From NCBI GenBank assembly GCA_032718475.1, contig JAUCBJ010007193.1, positions 1 to 53,292 on the forward strand: 53,292 bases of DNA, written 5' to 3'. Below are positions 45,675-53,292 of the stretch, in pieces; the first letter of the stretch is position 1; every line of letters starts with the position of its first letter. Source of the DNA: Nemertoderma westbladi (lineage: Eukaryota > Animalia > Xenacoelomorpha). The position numbers and the translations under genes are program-made. The notes beneath the pieces were generated by a model, which was not told the DNA's origin, made no database searches, and saw only the letters and a list, made by a program, of their open reading frames with translations.

Positions 45675-48600
45675 ATGAGTGACAAACAAGACTATACGAA
45701 GAATACACAAACCGACTATGACTCGTGTGACGGAGATAAGTCAGCAGCGGAAGAACAACAGGGGAAGACTCGCGAGCCTACCGAACCTACACCGTGTGCG
45801 TCACCAGTACATCCAACGGGAGTACCGGATGCCGTAGTACGAGGCGACGGCAGGACCGAGGACTTTCTAACTGTTCCGCAACCTAGATATAGGGAAACGG
45901 AAATGGTAAGTTCAGCAGGAAGCACAGAAAGTGTGGTTAGAAGCGTCGGTGGATACATGGCGCATATAACCAGGAGCATTGGAGAAGGCCAACGCATATT
46001 AGACGGGTTGACCGCTCCGATGTCTCGATTCGAGTTCTACACCCTCCAGGTTAGAGTACAGAGTAAAGTATATAAGTCCGTAGATAATCTAGTTGGCCTA
46101 CAAGATCTAGCTAGACAGAGACAGGACATGGATACTCAACTTAGAATCCTCGAGAAACTAATGATCACTAGAGAGAAACTGATTCAGTTTAAATCGACGA
46201 TTAGACAGATACAACAGGAACAAGCGGACCAGTTGTTAGGTGAGTCAGTTTCAGACGAATTATTACAGCCCGAGGAAGAACAGGAACTGTACCGACTGGA
46301 TGGACAATTGAAACACCTGACAGATCACTTACGCATGTGTGGCGAGGACGTCGGAGATTTGGAAACCGTGCCGGAATACACGAGGGAAACTCCATTCGCA
46401 CAAATCGAATCGGCACCGGAAATATTGAATCAATCATTGGTAAGTATTCGTAGCGAAATCTGCGAGGGAAGTATGGTCACGTCAGAAGTTGCTCGACAAC
46501 AGCAACAGTTCTACAGACAGCAACACGAGATGGAAGAACAAGCTCAACTTCTAATGATACAAACAGCAGTAGAGGAAGAGAAAATACGTGTTGCGAATGT
46601 AGCGAGAATCTCTCATCTGCAGGAACAAGCCGAACTTGAAGCGGCCGAAATGGAAAGGTTAGAGTTGGACATTGCCCAACAAGCGGCAGCGGCCGAGTTA
46701 GCGCAACGAACGGCAGCGGCCGAATTAGAGCGACAAACGGCAGCGGCAGCGGCAGCGGCCGAGTTAGAGCGACAAACGGCAGCGGCAGCGGCAGCGGCCG
46801 AGTTAGAGCGACAAACGGAAGCGGCAGAGTTAGAAAGAAAAAGGTTAGTTTCGGAAGCCAGAGTCGAGATGAAGACACGGCAAATAAAAGCCCAACAAGC
46901 GATACGACAAGCAGAGTTCGAGGCGCAACAACAACAAACGGAACAACGAGAAAAGGAAGTTAAACTTCGTTTCGAACTTGAGAAAAGGGCGAGAGAATTA
47001 GCCGAAACCAAGGAAAATCTGGATCTTCTAGCCCGTGATCGATCGATGAGATCTCGTGACGGACATGACTTGGACCAGCTAGAGGTAAGGCACCGCCAAA
47101 TCCAGGAACGACTAAAGGAAGGTTCGATAGGAGCACCCGGACGGGAACGACAATTAGTAAAAGACGTGTGTCAACGATTCCCACAGGTAACTCATATGTT
47201 TGCACCGGTTACGACTAAAGAACCTGTTTCGATTGCTGGTAGCATCGATATCTCTCCTATCCATGGTGTGACGGAACACAGGTTTGTTATTCCGGACAAG
47301 TTTACACCGCCAAGAGCAACATCATCGCCTATTCCGAAAGTCAAGGTAAGTAACCCACCGATTACAGATCGTAGTAGTTTATTAGTCGGACCTGCACTAC
47401 TGACGACAAAACAGGTGAGTCCACCTTTGACACCTAAACCCGTTACGCACTACGAATACCCAATGACATTTCGGCCTACAAGGCCTTTGGATTCAAACGC
47501 GGTCGTCCGACCACCGGTTCAGTTTACATCGCAATCTACGACTTCGAGGAAGACTTGTGAGCCTACCGAACAACGGAGAACAGTGGATACGCGACCGGTT
47601 CAGTTTACATCGCAATCTACAACTTCGAGGAAGACTTGTGAGCCTACCGAACAACGGAGAACAGTGGATACGCGACCGGTTCAGTTTACATCGCAATCTA
47701 CGACTTCGAGGAAGACTTGTGAGCCTACCGAACAACGGAAACCAGTAGACGATGTTCCAAAACAGAATGTTAGGATTCGTACGACGCAACGAACGCGAGC
47801 ACGTCGACCACCGTATCCAGGTGACAGTAGTACTTCGAGCGAGTCGGATTACCCGAAACGCGAGGTATTTAGAACAGGGGCGGCCGATGAATATAAACGC
47901 GAGCGTTCAGACAACTCCTTTGCAGACAATCCTCCACAGAATACACCAACACAGAAGGCGTTACAACCAACGAACGCAATTAGTACACAACAGTTCGCCG
48001 ACATTCTGCGACCAGTTGTCAATAAGTTGGCTCAGATCGAGGAGCGTCTGGAGGAAGTTCAAACCGACAGTTCGAGAAATTCCGAATTCGAACACAATAG
48101 ACACCCGAAGGGACCACAAAGACCGGTACCTTCAAACCCCACATCGTATCAGAGAAAAGCGCCAAGAAGGGAGAACATCAACCAGGTTACCAACCAAGGA
48201 CGCGAAACTCTGAACGTTGCTGAGGAGATAGCAAAATTCGCAGCCAGACAAGGATTGCCGGTACAACAACCACCGAAGTTCTCCGGTAGCTCAAAACACT
48301 GGCATACCTTCGTAGACTATATCGAATCCCAGATCGCCGTGTGCGCCTTTACATCACGGGAGAAGTTCAATTACCTGCTCCAAACGTTGTCAGGAGAACC
48401 TAAACGTTTGGCGGAGACTTTCGTCGGTGTACCGGACGCTTTCGAACTAGCGTACGATCGTTTAACTTCGATATACGGAGGTACCGTTAGTATGGCCAGG
48501 TCAGTAATAGAGGAACTCTGTAAGGGAGGGGCTATCACTAAACCCGTCGACTTACTAAAACTGGCTGACGAGATCAAGAACGCTATCACTACCTTAAGAT

Positions 48601-51068
48601 CAATTGGACAACTTGATTACGGGAATACCCCTACAGTCCTATTAAAGATAATAGGACGACTCCACCATCGACTTCGTCGGGAGTGGAGGAAGGTCGAATA
48701 CCAGCGAGAAGAGCGGGGAGGATTCTTAAAATTAGAAGATGTGTACCTTTTAATATCCAGGGAGGCGGTAGTAGAAACTCGATCTAACTACACCGACCAG
48801 CACATCGTGGCAGAAGGAATCACACTGCCATCCTCCAACCGACAAAAACCCCAGACAACATCCACTAAGACGGCCACTTACGCCACACCGACGGAATCAC
48901 GACAATTCTCAGACGGTAATAGAGTATCTGCGCCCATTGGGACGAAACAGACGAGACAGCAACTCAGCACCGACTTCAACGGCTGCCAATACTGCGAGCA
49001 TCTAGGTAAGCGGTATATTGGTCACAAGTTACGAGGTTGTCGACAATTTCGCGAGTTGAACTCGGAAGAACGACGGCTGCAGATACGGCCACTGGACTCT
49101 TGTTGGCGATGTACACGACACGGACACGTGCGCAAGGATTGCCCAAATACCGACACTTGTCCATCCTGTGGACGCAACCATGACGGTCTGCTCCACACAG
49201 ACAGCCACACGCCGACGAAACGCTTCGCCAGGGAACACCCGGAAGCAGCAGCGAGATGTGATGCGGCCTACCGAAAACGAGAATCGAAAACGACTCCAAC
49301 CTTCGTGACCCATATTGAGGATTGCTTCTCAGAACAATCCGGATCGTCGGACGAAGAATCAGAAGACGACGAATATTCTAATGGAGACGAACAACCGTCG
49401 ATCGCGCTTCTGACCACTGACCAACTGAAGGGATTCAGTGTAATCCCGATTAAGATCACTGGCACAAAGGGGAGTAAGAGGATCTACGCGATTCTAGATT
49501 CAGCCTCATCTCACAGCTACGTGGACGAAAAGATAGCTGACGTAGTGACGGATCTTAAACAAGGTAAGCACGTCAGTTATACAGTAAGTAGTATGCACGG
49601 ACAGCGTGCAATACCAGTGACACGAGTTAAGTTGGACTTAGACTCTCTTCTTCCAAAATCGCAACACAGCGAGAGGGAGAGGTCTTTGTTACCCTTTAGA
49701 GATCTCACCTTTGCGGCCACGGAGGACTTTAGTAACCTACTAGGTCCAGTGCCGGAACAATCTCTGGAGGACCGTAAGTATTTCAGACACCTTGGTGTAC
49801 CCGAATGTCCTGTCAATTATAGATCGGTAGCAATGCTGATCGGGACGGACCAATTCAACCTACATCAGGTGTGGGAAACCAGACCATCGGCAGTTGTAGC
49901 GGGAAACGCATACGCCTGCAGAACGCCGATAGGGTGGTATACTCGAGCGCCTGTGCGCACACTAGACGTAAGTGACGAGGAAGACGATGTACAGAGTACA
50001 TGTAGTTTATTAACTACAAATTCAATTCATTCCTTTTCACCCGACGTGAACCATACTACACTACAGTCGACAAAACATGACAGACGTGTAACTAGTATGA
50101 TAAGTCACAAGGAGCAGCTAACCCACAAGGTGAGTTTAGAACTAGGGGGGAAGACGAGTCAGCTAGAGATTCCATCGACGACAGATGATAGGCTTGCGAG
50201 TCTACCTACCCCAATAACCTCAACAGTGCCCGTCGATATCGATGATGACGCGTTGAGAAATCATCAGTTGGAACAAGCCGCCTTGGACAAAGAATTAACG
50301 GAGAAGACTATCAGGTGGTTAGAACAAGATACAGCTGAACCTGGTAGCTACGAACCTTGCATGTCGGAACAGGAGAAACAATCTCTGAAGATCATGGAAG
50401 ATACTATCCGACAGACGGAGGACGGACATTACGAGGTGGGTATGTTATGGCGTAGCCAAAGTCCTAAACTTATAAATAACTACCCACTGGCTTTGAGACG
50501 TCTACACTCAATACGACAACGTCTATTAAAGGACGAGAAAGCCCATCTGCAGTACAACACTCAGATGGAGACGTATTTGACTAAAGGATACGCTATCCGA
50601 ATGACTAACCCGGAGCGAGTGACCGACCAAACATACTACCTGCCACATCACTATGTGAGACATCCCGACAAACCAGACAAAGTACGTGTAGTCAATGACT
50701 GTGCGGCTCTGTTTGAGGGAATGTCCCTCAATAGTGAGTTGATGGATGGACCGAACATGAATAATTATCTTATGGGGGTGATTATGCGCTTCCGTCAGCG
50801 TCAAGTAGCCTTTACTTGCGACGTTGAAGCGATGTTTCACCAAGTAAAAGCGTTAGAGCGAGACAGAGACAGTTTGCGGTTCCTCTGGTACCCGGAAGGA
50901 GATTTAAGTCTACCACCGGCGACTTACCAAATGCAAGTTCGCGTTTTCGGTGCCAGAGACAGCCCAAATTGTACGATGTACGCCTTGAAGCAAGCCGCTA
51001 GAGATCAGAAACATCTATATGACCCAGAGATAATTAGAATTGTGGAGCGTGACTTTTACGTTAGATGA
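45675..51068 (+). CDS. BEL/Pao Gag-protease-RT polyprotein (1797 aa), ends by frameshift at YVDD
   Basis: Coiled-coil N-terminus, DUF1759-like gag, three Cys/His knuckles (CWRCTRHGHVRKDC, CPSCGRNHDGLLH), protease ILDSAS, and RT motifs YYLPHH, KVRVVNDCAA, DVEAMFHQV, FGARDSP. Confidence 0.95.
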   Translation: MSDKQDYTKNTQTDYDSCDGDKSAAEEQQGKTREPTEPTPCASPVHPTGVPDAVVRGDGRTEDFLTVPQPRYRETEMVSSAGSTESVVRSVGGYMAHITRSIGEGQRILDGLTAPMSRFEFYTLQVRVQSKVYKSVDNLVGLQDLARQRQDMDTQLRILEKLMITREKLIQFKSTIRQIQQEQADQLLGESVSDELLQPEEEQELYRLDGQLKHLTDHLRMCGEDVGDLETVPEYTRETPFAQIESAPEILNQSLVSIRSEICEGSMVTSEVARQQQQFYRQQHEMEEQAQLLMIQTAVEEEKIRVANVARISHLQEQAELEAAEMERLELDIAQQAAAAELAQRTAAAELERQTAAAAAAAELERQTAAAAAAAELERQTEAAELERKRLVSEARVEMKTRQIKAQQAIRQAEFEAQQQQTEQREKEVKLRFELEKRARELAETKENLDLLARDRSMRSRDGHDLDQLEVRHRQIQERLKEGSIGAPGRERQLVKDVCQRFPQVTHMFAPVTTKEPVSIAGSIDISPIHGVTEHRFVIPDKFTPPRATSSPIPKVKVSNPPITDRSSLLVGPALLTTKQVSPPLTPKPVTHYEYPMTFRPTRPLDSNAVVRPPVQFTSQSTTSRKTCEPTEQRRTVDTRPVQFTSQSTTSRKTCEPTEQRRTVDTRPVQFTSQSTTSRKTCEPTEQRKPVDDVPKQNVRIRTTQRTRARRPPYPGDSSTSSESDYPKREVFRTGAADEYKRERSDNSFADNPPQNTPTQKALQPTNAISTQQFADILRPVVNKLAQIEERLEEVQTDSSRNSEFEHNRHPKGPQRPVPSNPTSYQRKAPRRENINQVTNQGRETLNVAEEIAKFAARQGLPVQQPPKFSGSSKHWHTFVDYIESQIAVCAFTSREKFNYLLQTLSGEPKRLAETFVGVPDAFELAYDRLTSIYGGTVSMARSVIEELCKGGAITKPVDLLKLADEIKNAITTLRSIGQLDYGNTPTVLLKIIGRLHHRLRREWRKVEYQREERGGFLKLEDVYLLISREAVVETRSNYTDQHIVAEGITLPSSNRQKPQTTSTKTATYATPTESRQFSDGNRVSAPIGTKQTRQQLSTDFNGCQYCEHLGKRYIGHKLRGCRQFRELNSEERRLQIRPLDSCWRCTRHGHVRKDCPNTDTCPSCGRNHDGLLHTDSHTPTKRFAREHPEAAARCDAAYRKRESKTTPTFVTHIEDCFSEQSGSSDEESEDDEYSNGDEQPSIALLTTDQLKGFSVIPIKITGTKGSKRIYAILDSASSHSYVDEKIADVVTDLKQGKHVSYTVSSMHGQRAIPVTRVKLDLDSLLPKSQHSERERSLLPFRDLTFAATEDFSNLLGPVPEQSLEDRKYFRHLGVPECPVNYRSVAMLIGTDQFNLHQVWETRPSAVVAGNAYACRTPIGWYTRAPVRTLDVSDEEDDVQSTCSLLTTNSIHSFSPDVNHTTLQSTKHDRRVTSMISHKEQLTHKVSLELGGKTSQLEIPSTTDDRLASLPTPITSTVPVDIDDDALRNHQLEQAALDKELTEKTIRWLEQDTAEPGSYEPCMSEQEKQSLKIMEDTIRQTEDGHYEVGMLWRSQSPKLINNYPLALRRLHSIRQRLLKDEKAHLQYNTQMETYLTKGYAIRMTNPERVTDQTYYLPHHYVRHPDKPDKVRVVNDCAALFEGMSLNSELMDGPNMNNYLMGVIMRFRQRQVAFTCDVEAMFHQVKALERDRDSLRFLWYPEGDLSLPPATYQMQVRVFGARDSPNCTMYALKQAARDQKHLYDPEIIRIVERDFYVR
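47520..47750 (+). repeat. 81-bp in-frame tandem repeat (27 aa), 3 units
   Basis: CAGTTTACATCGC occurs at 47520, 47601 and 47682. Confidence 0.95.
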
Positions 51069-53292
51069 CGGATTACAGAGTTGCGACACAGTAGAACGTG
51101 CTACAACAGTAGCACATCAATTACGGGACTGCTTGGCGGGCGGAGGTTTTAACCTCACCAAATTCGCCTCAAACAGTGCCGAATTAGTAGACTCATTCGG
51201 AACTACTGAGCGTGGAGGTGGTGACATAGACCTAGAGTTCGAACCACTACCGACGACTAAGGTGTTGGGGCTCTTTTGGGACCCAAACACAGACAACTTT
51301 CGAGTGAAGGTGAGACTGGACAGTCAAGGGAACACGCTGACCAAGAGATCATGCTTGTCAAAATTGAGCCGATTGTTCGATCCGTTAGGATTCATCAGTC
51401 CAGTGATACTGCAAGCCCGCATTTATATGCGCAGTATATGGAAAGATGGACTAACGTGGGATGAGCCGATCTCATCAGACCAAGTGGACTTATGGAAGAC
51501 CTGGGAGGCGGAATTATCTTCGCTAGAGGATTATTTCATACCCAGGGTTTACTTTCCATTGCAAAGTACATTTCCTGACAACTTGGAACTACACTGTTTT
51601 TCTGACGCCAGTGACAACGGTTTTGGTGTGGCAGCGTACCTGCGCAGACAAGTAGAATCAGACGAGTTCGATGTTTCGCTCATTACTTCTAAGGCTAAGA
51701 CCATGCCTACTAAGTATATGACGACACCACGAGCCGAGCTACAAGCCGCAACCCTGTCAACCACCATCGTGAACCTCATACAGACAGAACTACAGTCGAG
51801 TTTACAGATATTTTATTGGACTGACGCGACGTTGGTTTTATTTTACATAAACAACGACACACTCGAATTCAAGACATTCGTTGCTAACCGTCGCGCGGAA
51901 ATTCTAGACCGTTCAATAAAAGGGGATTGGCGACATTGTCCCGGACCACAAAACCCAGCTGATATTGCGTCGCGAGGAATGATGCCTGAGGAATTCTGTA
52001 AACCGGAGAACAAAGAGTTTTGGCAACACGGACCCCAGTTCTTGCAGAAATCGACACAAGATTGGCCTCCGTTATACGACAACAAGTCCAACACCATTCC
52101 TAAGGACGCCGAAATCAAGAAACCAAAAAAGGGGAAGACAAAGAAAAGGACGACGGCGGCAAAACTCAAGAAAAAACCGAAGGCGAAATGGAAGGATATA
52201 ACTTCAAAGGTCAAGAGAGGAAGACTTGCGAGCCTTTCTACACCAGACATATCGCCAGACGGTCAACCAGACACGTTACCAGACGGTCAACCAGACATGT
52301 TACTAGACAGCCAACCAGACATTTTGCCAGACATATCACAAAATGTTCCACCAGACGCTAGTAACACACTGACAAACAGTAAAGCCGCAGTTTCCCTATT
52401 GGAGCGGCCTTCTATTGACAAACTACCAGATACGTTACCAGACGTATCGCCAGACACATTACTAGACAGTCGACTAGACATTTTGTCAGAAACATCACAA
52501 AATGTTCTACCGGACATTAGTAATGTATCAACTAACAGTAAAGCCGCAGTTTCCCTATTGGAGCGGCCTTGTATTGACAAACTACCAATTTTGACACACT
52601 TGAGCAACCATAAGCACGGTGAAACCTCATGTATTACAGATGTGGGTAGTACCTACGCTAATGTAAATACAGGTGTTACTTTGCGCTCAAGAGACATACC
52701 GAACTTACAACCTATAGTGAGACCTGGGATTAATGTCGGCAGGAAAATAAGTTTACCGAAACCTGCTGACCCCATAGAGTTCAAACCACCATTAACGATC
52801 GACTTACAAAGTACTGACAATCAAGGTAAGAGGACAAAAGAGGACAAATTACTTGTAGACCCGGACGGATCAACAGTCAACAAGGGAATACTTACCGGCG
52901 GACCCGTGGGCCCTTCTAGTAATTCAAAACCTTCCAAAATCTCCATTGACTTACCTGATGACGTCACAAATACTTACGTCGACCGTATTGTAAACTTAAC
53001 AGACTCTTGGTCAAACGCTTGCCGAAAATTAGCGTGGATTGTACGTTTCGTACAATACGTTAAAGGCAAACGTGACTTTACACGTCGACTTACATTGGCT
53101 GAGATTGACAGGTGTGAGATTCAATTAATTCGCCATTATCAACTGCGATATTTCGCGCGCGAATTCACATCTATACATCAAGGTCAACCAATCAAGTCGT
53201 CACCGATACTGAGTTGGAGTCCGATAATTTATAATGGCTTACTTTGTCATAAATCTCGGCTTCAAAACATTGACTTTAACACAAACTTTAGG
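51064..53292 (+). CDS. Pol continuation: RT C-terminus, RNase H and linker towards integrase (open to window end; absent from the ORF track)
   Basis: Translated by hand with no stop: DDGLQS...GGFNLTKFASNS, KVLGLFWD, LFDPLG, LHCFSDAS, PRAELQAA, YWTDA, FVANR, NPADIASRG. Confidence 0.93.

Larger units (their letters stand above)
43026..53292 (+). mobile_element. BEL/Pao LTR retrotransposon, near intact, runs off the window
   Basis: LTR, 2.1-kb leader and a single gag-pol polyprotein in PR-RT-RH order. Confidence 0.95.

Overview
Eukaryotic (probably invertebrate animal) heterochromatin-like window containing no host gene; it is made entirely of nested transposable elements and tandem repeats. 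From left to right: a truncated BEL/Pao gag; a ZMYM1/TTF-type hAT transposon (minus strand) interrupted by an LTR-like 0.94-kb segment, a complete non-autonomous BEL-derived LTR element (2528-9707, TSD ACATA) and a 9-bp-TSD MULE-like element that holds a CRE LINE fragment, which in turn holds a SINE; a 62/60-bp satellite interrupted by an EnSpm-type element and an LTR-less BEL gag-protease fragment; an RTE LINE with a 159-bp target duplication; a 24-bp ETS-CRE array; a 16.4-kb 32-bp TTAGG-containing satellite; and a near-intact BEL/Pao retrotransposon running off the right edge. The most interesting signal is that neither LTR element has a TGG-type tRNA primer-binding site. The sequence directly after the 5' LTR is instead complementary to the element's own predicted transcript 5' region, suggesting Tf1-like self-priming in the BEL/Pao lineage. 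The non-autonomous element also replaces pol with arrays of covarying GGYAC-loop-GTRCC hairpins in C-poor spacers. All calls are by eye; no searches or folding were run.
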